Numbered from the stretch's first letter, positions 1-10,728 are shown. The stretch: DNA of 64,000 bases from Candidatus Stammera capleta (GCA_036689255.1 CP144774.1:216051-280050); one strand, 5' to 3'. A program made the numbers and translations. The notes: generated by a model not told the origin, from the sequence alone.

Positions 1-1
1 A

Positions 2-1018
2 ATAAACAAAAAAACATGGAAAAAAAGTGGACACTGGAAAAATTATAAAAAATATATTTTCTGCACAGAAAAAAAAGACAATTTATGTATTAAACCTATG
101 AATTGTATTGGACATATAGATATATATAAACAAAAAATAAGATCATATAAAGATCTACCTATAAGGTTATCTGAATTTGGTATATGTCATAGAAAAGAAC
201 CTTCAGGATCTCTACATGGTTTAATGAGAACAAGATCATTTACTCAAGATGATGCACATATATTTTGTACTTTAAAACAAATAAAAAAAGAAACTACAAA
301 ATGTATTAAAATGATTTATGAAATATACAAATCTTTTAATTTCAAAAAAATAGATGTACATTTATCTACAAAACCTAATAAATATATCGGTGATAACAAT
401 ACTTGGAATATATCTGAAAATATTTTAAAAAACATTTTAAAAAATAAAAATATTCCATTTATTTTAAAACCTAAAGAAGGTGCATTCTATGGACCTAAAA
501 TAGAATTTATATTAAAAGATTCATCTGAAAGAAAATGGCAATGTGGAACAATACAATTAGATTTTAATTTATCTAAACAATTAAATACAAATTACATAAA
601 TAAAAAAAACAAAAAAAAACCAACTTTAATAATACATAGAGCAATATTAGGATCATTAGAAAGATTTATAGGAATATTAATTGAAGAAAATAATGGATGG
701 TTACCATTATGGTTAACTCCAATACAAATTGTAATTATTAATATTACAAATAAACATATAAATTACTCAAAAAAAATACTTAAATTAATTAAAAAAAAAA
801 AAATAAGAGCAATAGGAGATTTTAAAAATGAAAAAATAAATTTTAAAATAAGAGAATATACTTTACAAAAAGTTCCTTACATGATAGTATGCGGCGATAA
901 TGAAATAATTACAAATAAAATTAGTTTAAGAACATCCATAAATAAAAAAACTGAAAAAATAAACATAAAAGATCTAATCAAAAAAATTAGATTAAAAATA
1001 AAACTAAAACAACATTAA
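2..1018 (+). CDS. thrS: Threonyl-tRNA synthetase, C-terminal part (5' end lies outside the window)
   Basis: The frame is open from nt 2 (..KKSGHWKNYK..CIKPMNCIGH..). It aligns collinearly with E. coli ThrS blocks (KPMNCPGH, FTQDDAHIFC, HRAILGS.ERFIGIL, VPYM.VCGD). Stop TAA at 1016-1018. Confidence 0.95.
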   Translation: MNKKTWKKSGHWKNYKKYIFCTEKKDNLCIKPMNCIGHIDIYKQKIRSYKDLPIRLSEFGICHRKEPSGSLHGLMRTRSFTQDDAHIFCTLKQIKKETTKCIKMIYEIYKSFNFKKIDVHLSTKPNKYIGDNNTWNISENILKNILKNKNIPFILKPKEGAFYGPKIEFILKDSSERKWQCGTIQLDFNLSKQLNTNYINKKNKKKPTLIIHRAILGSLERFIGILIEENNGWLPLWLTPIQIVIINITNKHINYSKKILKLIKKKKIRAIGDFKNEKINFKIREYTLQKVPYMIVCGDNEIITNKISLRTSINKKTEKINIKDLIKKIRLKIKLKQH

Positions 1019-1030
1019 AAGGAAAAAAAA

Positions 1031-1576
1031 ATTATTAATTTTAACAGAAAAAAATATTTTTTTATTAAAAAACATAAAATTAATAAAGAAATTACATCCA
1101 AAAAAATTAAATTAATAGATGATAATAAAGAATATCAAGGCATATTATCTATTAATGAAGCATTAAAATTATCTGAAAAACTAAATTTAGATTTAGTAGA
1201 AATATCACCAAATACTAATCCTCCAATATGTAAAATAATAAACTATGGAAAATTTATATACGAAAAAAATAAAAACGCTAAAATACAAAGAAAAAAATTA
1301 AAATTATTAAATATTAAAGAAATAAAATTTAGACCTAACACTAATATAAACGACTATAATATTAAAATTAATAAAATTAAAAATTTCTTAAAAAAAAAAA
1401 CAAAAGTTAAAATTACTTTAAAATTTAGAGGTAGAGAAATAATACATAAAAAATTATCACTTAAAATATTTGATAAAATAAAAAAAGACTTAAAAAAAAT
1501 TTCTTATATAGAATGTTTTCCTAAAAAAACTGAAAATCATCAAATTATTATGATAATTACACATAAAAATAACTAA
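1031..1576 (+). CDS. infC: Translation initiation factor IF-3, non-ATG (ATT) start
   Basis: Not in the ORF track because it has no ATG. The same frame as thrS is open from 1019 to TAA at 1574-1576. The translation (..[52 protein letters not shown]..) matches E. coli IF3 throughout. AAGGA at 1019-1023 precedes ATT codons at 1031 and 1034. The exact start is uncertain. Confidence 0.85.
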   Translation: MINFNRKKYFFIKKHKINKEITSKKIKLIDDNKEYQGILSINEALKLSEKLNLDLVEISPNTNPPICKIINYGKFIYEKNKNAKIQRKKLKLLNIKEIKFRPNTNINDYNIKINKIKNFLKKKTKVKITLKFRGREIIHKKLSLKIFDKIKKDLKKISYIECFPKKTENHQIIMIITHKNN

Positions 1577-1584
1577 TTTATAAT

Positions 1585-1782
1585 ATGATAAAAATTAAAA
1601 CAATTAAAGCCATAAAAAAAAGAATAAAAAAAACATCATCTGGAAAACTAAAATTTAAACATAGTAATTTACGTCACATATTAACAAAAAAAACATCTAA
1701 AAGAAAAAGAAAACTAAGACTAAAAGGACTTATCAATAAAACTAAAAAAAAACTAATTTTTAAAAACATTATTCACAAATAA
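1585..1782 (+). CDS. rpmI: 50S ribosomal protein L35
   Basis: 65 aa. IKIKT...[27 protein letters not shown] matches E. coli L35. It sits in the conserved infC-rpmI-rplT order. Confidence 0.93.
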   Translation: MIKIKTIKAIKKRIKKTSSGKLKFKHSNLRHILTKKTSKRKRKLRLKGLINKTKKKLIFKNIIHK

Positions 1783-1801
1783 ATATTAAATAAAAATAAA
1801 A

Positions 1802-2185
1802 ATGATTAGAGTAAAAAGAGGAGTAGTTTCACATAAAAGCCATAAAAAAATTATACACTTAGCTAAAGGTTATTATGGAGCTAGATCAAGAACATATAAA
1901 TCTGCTTATCAAGCAGTAATAAAAGCAGGTCAATATTCATACAGAGATAGAAAACAAAAAAAAAGAAACTTTAGAAAATTATGGATTATGAAAATAAATG
2001 CAGAAGTAAGAAAATATAAATTATCTTATAGCAAATTTATGTACTTACTGAAAAAAATACCAATAAATATAAACCGAAAAATCATTGTTGATATTATAGA
2101 AAACAACATATTTTTTATACACAAAATTATTGAAATTATAAAAAAAAATAATAAATTAAAAAATATAAAAATTAACAATTTTTAA
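1802..2185 (+). CDS. rplT: 50S ribosomal protein L20
   Basis: M.RVKRGV....HKKI...[37 protein letters not shown] matches E. coli L20. It has a short Lys/Asn-rich C-terminal extension. Confidence 0.94.
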   Translation: MIRVKRGVVSHKSHKKIIHLAKGYYGARSRTYKSAYQAVIKAGQYSYRDRKQKKRNFRKLWIMKINAEVRKYKLSYSKFMYLLKKIPININRKIIVDIIENNIFFIHKIIEIIKKNNKLKNIKINNF

Positions 2186-2226
2186 TTTTTTACATTTAAC
2201 AATATATATTTCTATAGATTACTTAA

Positions 2227-3204
2227 ATGTTTAATATTAACAATAACCTAAAAAAAATAAAAAAAGAAATTAAAAAAACAAATAACATTAAACTAATAAA
2301 AAATTTACAAATAAAATATTTAGGGAAAAAAGGATATATTAATAATTTAATGAAATTATTAAAAACTATTCCTAATAAATTAAAACCTAAATTCGGTAAA
2401 AAAATTAATTTTTTTAAAAAAAATGTACTAAAAATAATTAAAAAACATACTAAAAAAATACAAGATATTATCCAAAAAAAAAACACACAATATATTGACT
2501 ATAGTTTAACTGGAAAAAAACATATATTAGAAGGAAATTTACATCCAATAAGTATTACTATAAATAAAGTAGAACAATTCTTTAATGAATTAGGATTTGA
2601 AACAATATATGGACCAGAAATAGAAAATACATATTATAATTTTGATTCATTAAATATAAATAAATATCATCCCTCTAGAACATCACATGACACTTTTTGG
2701 ATAAATAAAATAAAATTATTAAGAACACAAACATCTTGTATACAAATAAGATATATGAAAAATAAAAAACCTCCTATAAAAGCTATAACTTCAGGATGTG
2801 TGTTTAGAAAAGATTTAGATAATACTCATACCCCGATGTTTCATCAAATAGAAGGATTTCTAATAGATAAAAATATAAATTTATCAAATTTAAAATATAT
2901 AATCAAAAAATTTATTTTTTTTTATTTTGGAAAAAAAAAAAAAATAAAATTTATACCTGCATATTTCCCATTTACTGAACCTTCAGCAGAAATAATGATT
3001 AAAAACCATAATAATACTTGGATAGAAATATTAGGATGTGGATTAATACATACCAATGTACTAAAAAAAATGAACATAAATATAAAAAAATATTCAGGTT
3101 TAGCATTTGGAATAGGAATAGAAAGATTAATAATGATAAAATATAAAATATCTAACATAAAAACACTATACGAAAATAATATTCAAATACTAGAACAATT
3201 TTAA
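2227..3204 (+). CDS. pheS: Phenylalanyl-tRNA synthetase alpha subunit
   Basis: 325 aa versus 327 in E. coli. Shared blocks: YLGKKG, LHP, FDSLNI..HPSR..HDTFW, LLRTQTS, HTPMFHQIEG, FPFTEPSAE, LGCG..H.NVL, FG.G.ERL. Confidence 0.95.
   Translation: MFNINNNLKKIKKEIKKTNNIKLIKNLQIKYLGKKGYINNLMKLLKTIPNKLKPKFGKKINFFKKNVLKIIKKHTKKIQDIIQKKNTQYIDYSLTGKKHILEGNLHPISITINKVEQFFNELGFETIYGPEIENTYYNFDSLNINKYHPSRTSHDTFWINKIKLLRTQTSCIQIRYMKNKKPPIKAITSGCVFRKDLDNTHTPMFHQIEGFLIDKNINLSNLKYIIKKFIFFYFGKKKKIKFIPAYFPFTEPSAEIMIKNHNNTWIEILGCGLIHTNVLKKMNINIKKYSGLAFGIGIERLIMIKYKISNIKTLYENNIQILEQF
2931..2944 (+). repeat. A14 homopolymer inside pheS (codes GKKKKI)
   Basis: Counted directly: 14 consecutive A residues at 2931-2944, in frame within pheS. 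Confidence 0.95.
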
Positions 3205-3220
3205 AAATTTTTAAAACAAA

Positions 3221-5536
3221 ATGAAATTTCCAAAAGAATGGATAAATGAATATTTAATAAATAATATTAAAATAAATAAAATTATTTTTTTATTAAAAAA
3301 TAAAGGATTTGAAATAAAAAACTCAAACATAAAAAATCTACTTACAGAAAAAAATATTTTTATTACCAAAATTATTAACAATAAATCCCTAAAAAAAAAT
3401 AAATATTCTGTAATAAAAATAAACCACAAAAATAAAAATTTATCCATTTATACAAAATTTATAAAAAAAAATAATAATCACTATGTCATCATTAACAAAA
3501 AAAACATCAAAGAAAATATATTTTTCAAACACAAAAAAATTAAAATAAATAATATCATTTATTTTATTTTATTTAAAAACAAATACTTTTTAAATAAAAT
3601 AAATAACATTATAAATAATACTTTAGATATAAAAATACCATTTAATAGAATTGATTGTAATAATATATTAGGATTAACAAGAGAAATATCTATTTTATCT
3701 AATACAAAACTAAATTTTAAATACAAAAAAACTATTTATCAAGACAAAAAAAATATAAAACACAAATTAAACATCTCTTTCAAAAACAAAAATAAAAACA
3801 ATTATTGTGAAAACATCAAATATATAATTATCAAAAAAATTAACTTTTTAAAAAACAAAACACCTAAATATATAAAAAAAAGATTAAAAATAATAGGAAT
3901 ACTAACAAAAAACACAATAATTAATATAATTAATTACATAACTATAGAATCTGGACAAATAATAAATTGTTTTGATATAGACAAATTAAAAAATAAAAAT
4001 ATAGAAATTTTATTTTTTAATAAAATAAATAAATTAAATTTCAAAAATATTAATTATATACTAAAAAACAAAAAAGAAACTTTATATAAAAATTATAACC
4101 TTTATAATAAACAATTTTTTCCTAATAAAAAAACACAAAATATTATATTAATAGCTCCATTATTAACAAAACAATTTCAATACAAAAAAAATAATATTTT
4201 AAATAATAATAATTTCATAGAAAAATACATCAATAATTGTGATGAAAACATACAATCTTATTTTTTACAAAAAATAGCAAAAATAATAAATTTAATATAT
4301 GGAGGTAAAAAAGAAAAAATAAAAATAAAAAGAAATAAACTAAACAAAAATAAAAAAAAAACAATAAATTTTTATTTTAGTAAAATAAATAAATTATTAG
4401 GTTTTAAAATAAAAACAAAAAAAATAATTAAAATATTAAAAAAAATAGGATGTAAAATTATATCAAAAAATCACAAATATATTAATCTTAATATACCTAA
4501 ATGGAGAAATGATCTTACAACAAATGAAAATATAATAGAAGCAATAATTAAAATACATGGATACAACAAAATTCCCACATCATCATTTTATACAAAATTT
4601 AATATAAACATAAAAAAAAACAAATATAAAAATAATATAAATCAATTAAAAAATTTATTTGTCAATACTGGATATAAAGAAGTAATAAATTTTCATTTTA
4701 CTAATAAAAATACAGAAAATACCTTCTTCAAAAAAAAACACACATTTATCAAAATATTAAATCCAATATCACAAGATATGTCTATACTTAGAACATCCTT
4801 AATACCTGGAATAATATCTAATATTGTATTTAATATTTCAAGACAAAACAATAATATAAAATTATTTGAAATAGGAACATGTTTTAAAAATATAAATAAT
4901 AAAATAAAACAAAATAAAATGATATCAGCAGCAATATGTGGATATAAACACAAAAATCATTGGAGCATAAAAAATAATAAAATATTTGATTTTTTTGATA
5001 TTAAAGGAGATTTAGAATATATTTTAAAAAAACAAAAAAAAATAGAATTATTAAAAATAGAAAAATCTAATCATTTATTATTTAATAAAAATTTAAATAC
5101 AAATATAAAAATAAATAATAAAAAAATTGGAATCATAGGAATGTTAAATAAAAAAATACAAAAAAAATTTTCAATAAAATATCCTATTTTTATATTTGAA
5201 ATAAATTTAAACAAAATAATTTGCCCTAAAAAACTAATAATTAATAAAATTTCAAAACAACCTAGTAATTTAAGAGATATAACTTTAATTATTAACAAAA
5301 ATATACCAATAAATAATATTTTAGAAACATGCTTACTAATAAATAAAAAAATAATTAAAAAAATAGATGTTATTAAAATATTCTCAAACGATAAATTAAA
5401 AAAAGAAAAAAAAAAAAATATAACTATAAGATTAACTATACAAGATAATAAAAAAACATTAAAAGAAAAAGAAATTAATAAATTAATAACAAAATGTATA
5501 AAAACACTTAAATATAAATTTAATATTTATATTTAA
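3221..5536 (+). CDS. pheT: Phenylalanyl-tRNA synthetase beta subunit
   Basis: 771 aa, directly after pheS. It starts MKFPKEW (E. coli MKFSELW) and is very Lys/Asn-rich. Recognisable B3/4 and C-terminal blocks remain (RNDL..NEN.IE...I.GYN.IP, L.NP.S.DMS.LRTSL.PG). Confidence 0.9.
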   Translation: MKFPKEWINEYLINNIKINKIIFLLKNKGFEIKNSNIKNLLTEKNIFITKIINNKSLKKNKYSVIKINHKNKNLSIYTKFIKKNNNHYVIINKKNIKENIFFKHKKIKINNIIYFILFKNKYFLNKINNIINNTLDIKIPFNRIDCNNILGLTREISILSNTKLNFKYKKTIYQDKKNIKHKLNISFKNKNKNNYCENIKYIIIKKINFLKNKTPKYIKKRLKIIGILTKNTIINIINYITIESGQIINCFDIDKLKNKNIEILFFNKINKLNFKNINYILKNKKETLYKNYNLYNKQFFPNKKTQNIILIAPLLTKQFQYKKNNILNNNNFIEKYINNCDENIQSYFLQKIAKIINLIYGGKKEKIKIKRNKLNKNKKKTINFYFSKINKLLGFKIKTKKIIKILKKIGCKIISKNHKYINLNIPKWRNDLTTNENIIEAIIKIHGYNKIPTSSFYTKFNINIKKNKYKNNINQLKNLFVNTGYKEVINFHFTNKNTENTFFKKKHTFIKILNPISQDMSILRTSLIPGIISNIVFNISRQNNNIKLFEIGTCFKNINNKIKQNKMISAAICGYKHKNHWSIKNNKIFDFFDIKGDLEYILKKQKKIELLKIEKSNHLLFNKNLNTNIKINNKKIGIIGMLNKKIQKKFSIKYPIFIFEINLNKIICPKKLIINKISKQPSNLRDITLIINKNIPINNILETCLLINKKIIKKIDVIKIFSNDKLKKEKKKNITIRLTIQDNKKTLKEKEINKLITKCIKTLKYKFNIYI

Positions 5537-5558
5537 AATTATAAATAAAAATAAAAAA

Positions 5559-5631
5559 TGTTGATACTCAGAATTGAACTGAGAACATATCTATACCAAA
5601 GATATATTTTTACCATTTAAACTATATCAAC
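5559..5631 (-). tRNA. tRNA-Thr (anticodon GGU), no encoded CCA
   Basis: Hand-folded 73-nt cloverleaf. Acceptor GTTGATA/TATCAAC, T-arm CTCAG-TTCAATT-CTGAG, anticodon arm TATCT-TTGGTAT-AGATA. The discriminator A is followed by TTTTTT. Confidence 0.88.
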
Positions 5632-5776
5632 AAAAATTTTACATATTTTATTAAATTTAATAAAAAAATAAACATATATTTTATATATAAAAAAAAACTA
5701 ACTAATACAAAACAATATATATTATAATATACATTATTTAATAATTAAAACAACTATTCATTTAAATATATAAAAC

Positions 5777-6502
5777 ATGAAAACAAAAAAAACATTTATA
5801 GAAACAAAAGATAAAAAATTAATACCTGTATATTATACAAAAAAAAAAGATTTTTACACAAATACTAAAAAAAAAATAATTCTCGTAATAGAAGAAATAT
5901 TTGGAGTAAATGATAATATAAAAAAAATATGTAAAAAAATATCTAAATACAACTATTTAACTATATCTCCTGAATTATTATTCAGATCTAAAAATACAGA
6001 CTTTAATCAAGATATAAATATATTAAGAAAAAAAGCAAATGATATAAGTGATGATAAAATATTAAATGATATAAATACTGTAATTAAATGGGCAATAAAA
6101 AAATTTAAAACTGAAAAAATAGGAATAACTGGATTTTGTTGGGGAGGTAGAATTACTTGGTTATATTCATATCATTACAAAAACATAAAATCATCAGTAG
6201 TTTGGTACGGAAGATTAACAGATATAAAAAATAACAAACATCCTATACATCCATTAAATATAGGAGATAAAATTTTTATACCAGTTTTAGGTTTATACGG
6301 AGATAAAGACTCTAGTATACCAATAAAAATTGTACATGAAATGCAAGAAAAAATAAAACAAAATAAAAAAAATAAAAGTAAAATAATAATTTATAATAAT
6401 GCTGAACATGGTTTTTTTGCTGATTATAGATCATCTTATAATAAAGAAATTGCAAAAAAAGCATTTAAAAAAATGTTAAATTGGTTTAATAAATATATAT
6501 AA
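5777..6502 (+). CDS. ysgA: Dienelactone hydrolase family protein
   Basis: 241 aa. It has the alpha/beta-hydrolase Cys nucleophile elbow GFCWGG, the Asp block LYGDKDSSIP and the His block NAEHGFF, which are typical of the DLH family. Confidence 0.75.
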   Translation: MKTKKTFIETKDKKLIPVYYTKKKDFYTNTKKKIILVIEEIFGVNDNIKKICKKISKYNYLTISPELLFRSKNTDFNQDINILRKKANDISDDKILNDINTVIKWAIKKFKTEKIGITGFCWGGRITWLYSYHYKNIKSSVVWYGRLTDIKNNKHPIHPLNIGDKIFIPVLGLYGDKDSSIPIKIVHEMQEKIKQNKKNKSKIIIYNNAEHGFFADYRSSYNKEIAKKAFKKMLNWFNKYI

Positions 6503-6538
6503 TTTATCTTATCCACAAAAATAGGAATATAAAAAACT

Positions 6539-7273
6539 ATGAAAAAATATACATTTTATTCTAAAGAATCAAATATAAACATTAAAAATTATACATTAAA
6601 TAAATATATAAATAATGTATATGGATGGATGTCATGTGGATTATTAATAACAGCTACAACATCATGGATTATTTCAGCAAATACATATATATTAGAATTT
6701 TTAATGTTAAATAAATTTATTATACTTTTTGCTATTTTAACACAAGTAGCTATAGCATATACAATATCTAATATGATAAATATGTTAACTGTAAACACAG
6801 CAACAACATTATTTATATTTTATTCAGTACTAACTGGATTAACTACATCTGGTATATTTTCAATTTATACATATTCATCTATAACAACTACATTTCTTAT
6901 TACCAGCCTAACATTTGGAACAATGAGTGTTTGGGGAGGTATTAGTAAACAAGACTTATCCAAGTTAGGTAATATCATAACTATGATGTTAATAGGAATA
7001 GTTTTATCAACTATAATAAATATATTTCTAAAAAACACATTTTTAACATGGATAACATCATATTTAAGTATATTCGCTTTCTCAATATTAACTGCATGGG
7101 ACACTCAAAAAATTAAAAATATAGGAGAAAACATAATTTCTGAACACCATGAACAAATTAGAAGATATTCAATATTAGGAGCTTTAATGTTATATATAGA
7201 TTTCATAAACCTATATTTATCATTTTTAAATATAATTGGAACCAAAATAAGCAACACAAATGAAGAAAATTAA
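6539..7273 (+). CDS. ybhL: Bax-inhibitor-1/YccA family inner-membrane protein
   Basis: 244 aa, multi-TM. It is collinear with E. coli YbhL (VYGWM..GLL.TA, LF..YS.LTGLT.S.IF, AWDTQK.KN.GE, R.YSILGAL.LY.DFINL.L). Confidence 0.88.
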   Translation: MKKYTFYSKESNINIKNYTLNKYINNVYGWMSCGLLITATTSWIISANTYILEFLMLNKFIILFAILTQVAIAYTISNMINMLTVNTATTLFIFYSVLTGLTTSGIFSIYTYSSITTTFLITSLTFGTMSVWGGISKQDLSKLGNIITMMLIGIVLSTIINIFLKNTFLTWITSYLSIFAFSILTAWDTQKIKNIGENIISEHHEQIRRYSILGALMLYIDFINLYLSFLNIIGTKISNTNEEN

Positions 7274-7304
7274 AAAATAAGAAGGAATAAACCTTCTTAT
7301 TTTT
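7273..7304. terminator. Bidirectional intrinsic-terminator-like hairpin between convergent ybhL and ppa
   Basis: AAAAATAAGAAGG-aataaa-CCTTCTTATTTTT. The core is a 9-bp stem (7277-7285 / 7292-7300) that includes 3 G-C pairs. It is flanked by an A-tract upstream and a T-tract downstream, so it reads as hairpin plus U-run on either strand. Confidence 0.6.
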
Positions 7305-7318
7305 ATTAAAAAATACCA

Positions 7319-7861
7319 CTAATTAATATTATTCTTTTTTAAAAAATTATCATAAGTAGATAAAATTAATTTCTTAGCTAAATCAACTTCTCCCCAACCT
7401 AATATTTTACTCCATTTATCATTTTCTAATTTCTTATAATTTTCAAAAAAATAACTTATTTTATCTAATAAATTTATAGATATATCATTAACACTATTAA
7501 TATCATTATACTCTTTAGATACATCAAAATTAGGAACAGATAAAACTTTATTATCATCTCCAGATTCATCAACCATTTTCAATAAACCTATAGGTCTAGA
7601 ATGTATAACTGAACCAGGAATTAAAGGATACAAAGACAAAACTAAAACATCTAAACAATCACCATCAAAAGATAACGTATTATTTAAATACCCATAATTA
7701 CATGGATAACATAATGAACAATTAATAAATCTATCAACAAATAAAACGTTATATTTTTTGTTCATTTCATACTTAACAAATCTAGAATCAGCAGATATTT
7801 CAATAATTACATATATATCATTAGGAATATTATTTCCTAATGGAATATCTCTAATATTCAT
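7319..7861 (-). CDS. ppa: Inorganic pyrophosphatase
   Basis: 180 aa, collinear with E. coli Ppa (DIYV.IEI.A....KYE......LFVDRF......YPCNYGY.N.TLS.DGD..DVLV, PGSVI..RP.G.LKM.DE.G.D.K..VP). Confidence 0.95.
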   Translation of the reverse strand: MNIRDIPLGNNIPNDIYVIIEISADSRFVKYEMNKKYNVLFVDRFINCSLCYPCNYGYLNNTLSFDGDCLDVLVLSLYPLIPGSVIHSRPIGLLKMVDESGDDNKVLSVPNFDVSKEYNDINSVNDISINLLDKISYFFENYKKLENDKWSKILGWGEVDLAKKLILSTYDNFLKKNNIN

Positions 7862-7984
7862 TTTTTATTCCTACTTATTATTAATTAAAAATATTTTTAA
7901 CATAAAAAATATAAATTTACTTTATAATAGTAATATAAATATTAATTTTTATAAATATATATACATTTAAATTAAGGTGAAAAA

Positions 7985-9340
7985 ATGAATTTATTTAATA
8001 AAATAAAACAAAAAAACAAATTTCATAAAAAAATAATCAAAAAAACATTTAATTTAATACAATCATATTTAAAATGTAAAACACAAATAATAATAAAATC
8101 TAATATAGGAATAAATATTAAAATAAAAAACAAAAAAACAGAAAATATAGAATTTAAAAATAATTCAATTATGGAAATAAATATTTACAAAAATAAAAGA
8201 AAAAACACTATTTTATGTAATGATTTCAATAAAAATACAATAATTAATTGTATTAATTATGCAATAAATACAATAAAATATACTTCCCAAAATAATAATT
8301 TATATTTACCTGAATATAAACTTTATAAAAAAAAAAATAAACAAAACCTAGGAATTATATTTAATGACTCAATATCAATAAATGACATGTTTGATTTATT
8401 AATAAATATTGAACAAAATTCATTAAATACAAATAAAAAAATAATCAGTGATTACGTATCTTTTAATAAAAATATTGATTACTTTATGATTTATAATAAT
8501 TTTAATATAATTAAAAATTATTATTCTAAAATGTATTTTTTAATAAACAGTATTATAGCACAAGAAAAAAATTCTATGGAACATAATTATAAATATATAT
8601 GTTCACATAAATTATCAGATTTAATACATAAATCATATTTTCTAGGCAAAAAAACAGCTACACAAACTTTAATTAGACTAAATTCTAAAAAAATAAACAC
8701 ACAAAAATCAATTGTAATATTCAATAACAAAACATCAAGTGAAATATTTTATTATTTGTATAAATCAATACTAGGAATAAACATCATAAATAAAATTTCA
8801 TTTATGTTAAACAAAATAAATAAAAAAATACTACCTGATTGGATGAATATCATTGAAAATCCACACTTATTTAAAGGAATAGGTACAAAACCTTTTGATA
8901 AAGAAGGATCTAATACATATAAATATATAATTATAAAAAATGGAATTTTAAATAATTGGATATTAGATACATATTCATCAAAAATATTACATAAAAAAAA
9001 CACCTCAAATTCTGGTGGACTACATAATTGGTGTTTCAACAACAATAAAAATAATATTAACAAAAAAGAATTAATCAAAAAAATGAATAATGGATTTATA
9101 ATAGACAGATTATTAGGAGAAGGTGTTAATTTTAGCACAGGATTATATTCAAAAGGAGCTTCAGGATTTTTGGTAAAAAATGGAAATATAGAATTTCCAG
9201 TTAATGAAATTACGATTTCAGGAAATTTAAAAAATTTATTCAAAAATATTATAGATATGAGTAACGATTATAATGAATATTCTCAAATAAGATCAGGATC
9301 AATTTTAGTCTCTAATATAAACATAACAGGAAACAAGTAA
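7985..9340 (+). CDS. pmbA: Metalloprotease PmbA (TldE)
   Basis: 451 aa versus 450 in E. coli. The C-terminal block GASGFLVKNGNIEFPVNEITISGNLKNLF matches the E. coli sequence ..G.[32 protein letters not shown] lies at 7974-7980. Confidence 0.85.
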   Translation: MNLFNKIKQKNKFHKKIIKKTFNLIQSYLKCKTQIIIKSNIGINIKIKNKKTENIEFKNNSIMEINIYKNKRKNTILCNDFNKNTIINCINYAINTIKYTSQNNNLYLPEYKLYKKKNKQNLGIIFNDSISINDMFDLLINIEQNSLNTNKKIISDYVSFNKNIDYFMIYNNFNIIKNYYSKMYFLINSIIAQEKNSMEHNYKYICSHKLSDLIHKSYFLGKKTATQTLIRLNSKKINTQKSIVIFNNKTSSEIFYYLYKSILGINIINKISFMLNKINKKILPDWMNIIENPHLFKGIGTKPFDKEGSNTYKYIIIKNGILNNWILDTYSSKILHKKNTSNSGGLHNWCFNNNKNNINKKELIKKMNNGFIIDRLLGEGVNFSTGLYSKGASGFLVKNGNIEFPVNEITISGNLKNLFKNIIDMSNDYNEYSQIRSGSILVSNINITGNK

Positions 9341-9346
9341 TTTTTT

Positions 9347-9369
9347 TACTACTTATTTAATAAGTAGTA
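9347..9369 (+). terminator. Hairpin downstream of pmbA (candidate terminator)
   Basis: TACTACTTA-tttaa-TAAGTAGTA, a perfect 9-bp stem, lies 7 nt after the pmbA stop and abuts the pepP stop. Only a weak T-tract (TTTAC) follows it. Confidence 0.4.
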
Positions 9370-9370
9370 T

Positions 9371-10675
9371 TTACTCATTCATATAATTTTCTATATCATA
9401 AATATTCTTATAAACACTTGAGGTTAAATTTTCATAACCATTATTAGTAATTAATATAGTGTCTTCTATTCTAACATTTATACCTTTATAAGGTTCAAAT
9501 ATAAATAAATTTTCACATGTATCAGGAATATATAAACCAGGCTCTATTGTTATAACCATATTAGGTTCAAAAATAATATCATTTTTATTACTATACTTAT
9601 AATAAACATCATGCACATCTATACCTATCCAATGACCTATATTATGCATATAAAAATTTTTATACAACTTCTGCTTTATAAAATCATTTACACTTAAATT
9701 GACAGATATAATTTTTAAATTAATTAAACCAATACTTATCATTCTGATTACTTTATCATTAATAATACCAAAACTACTCCCAGGTCTTAATAAAGATAAA
9801 CACTCACAAAATACTTCCAACACTAAATTATAAACTTTTTTTTGATAAATATTGAATTTTTTATTTACTGGATATGTACGAGTAATATCAGATGTATAAC
9901 CTTGATAATTACATCCTGAATCAACTAAAACCATATCATTATCTTCTAATAAAAAATTATTATCACTATAATGTAATTGTCTTCCATTTTTTCCAGAAGC
10001 TACTATTGACTTGAAAGCAGAAAAAACACATTTATGAGAATAAAATTCATGTAATATTTCATTCTCTAAATTATACTCATAAATACCAATTTTACAATAC
10101 TTCATTGCTCTCAAATGAGCCAAAGAAGATATATATGCAGATTTACGTAAAATTTTTATTTCTAATTTTGATTTAATCATCCTTATACTATTTGTTAAAA
10201 TATTCAAATTAATTATTTTTTCAGGAAAATAACTATTTTTATATAAATTAGATATATCATAACAAGATTTAAAAAATAATAAATCATTATTCAAATAATT
10301 TGAATAAGAATAATATATACAATTTTTATTTAAAATAAAATAAGGTAAATAAAATTCTATTTTTTCCCAATCATAAAAAAAAACATTTATAAAATTATTA
10401 AAAAAATTAAATTTATGAAAATTATAATACAAATCTTTATCTTTATTTTTTGTAAAAAAAACCACTTTACTTGATGAATTAGAATCTTTTGTTACAATAA
10501 ATAACAAAAAATTATTTAAATAACCTGTAAAATAAAATAGATTACTATCTTGTTTATATAAACATACATCTTCTAAATTTATATCTAAAGAAGGAGAAGA
10601 ATACATAATTGCTACACTATTTTCTTTCATCTTCTTTATTAAATTAAAACATCTATGATAATATTCTTTATTCAT
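9371..10675 (-). CDS. pepP: Xaa-Pro aminopeptidase (aminopeptidase P)
   Basis: 434 aa versus 441 in E. coli. M24B blocks present: V.VD.GC.Y.GY.SDITRT.PVN.KF, H..GHW.G.DVHD, EPGLY, G..VRIED. Confidence 0.9.
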   Translation of the reverse strand: MNKEYYHRCFNLIKKMKENSVAIMYSSPSLDINLEDVCLYKQDSNLFYFTGYLNNFLLFIVTKDSNSSSKVVFFTKNKDKDLYYNFHKFNFFNNFINVFFYDWEKIEFYLPYFILNKNCIYYSYSNYLNNDLLFFKSCYDISNLYKNSYFPEKIINLNILTNSIRMIKSKLEIKILRKSAYISSLAHLRAMKYCKIGIYEYNLENEILHEFYSHKCVFSAFKSIVASGKNGRQLHYSDNNFLLEDNDMVLVDSGCNYQGYTSDITRTYPVNKKFNIYQKKVYNLVLEVFCECLSLLRPGSSFGIINDKVIRMISIGLINLKIISVNLSVNDFIKQKLYKNFYMHNIGHWIGIDVHDVYYKYSNKNDIIFEPNMVITIEPGLYIPDTCENLFIFEPYKGINVRIEDTILITNNGYENLTSSVYKNIYDIENYMNE

Positions 10676-10728
10676 AAAAATTATTCAACAATAAATATAA
10701 AAAATTTTATATAAAAATTCAATCAACT

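Noticed and set aside
6509-6517. A perfect DnaA-box consensus, TTATCCACA, in the ysgA-ybhL spacer
   Set aside because: It is a single isolated box with no cluster, AT-rich 13-mers or flanking dnaA/gidA-type genes, and there is no strand-skew switch nearby. My rough estimate is that one such 9-mer in 2 x 64 kb of this composition is about what chance would give.
8752-9243. 163-aa ORF on the - strand, antisense to pmbA
   Set aside because: It lies entirely inside a well-supported gene. The antisense of an A-rich coding strand is T-rich and naturally poor in stop codons. The product is low-complexity Phe/Leu/Ile-rich with no recognisable motif.
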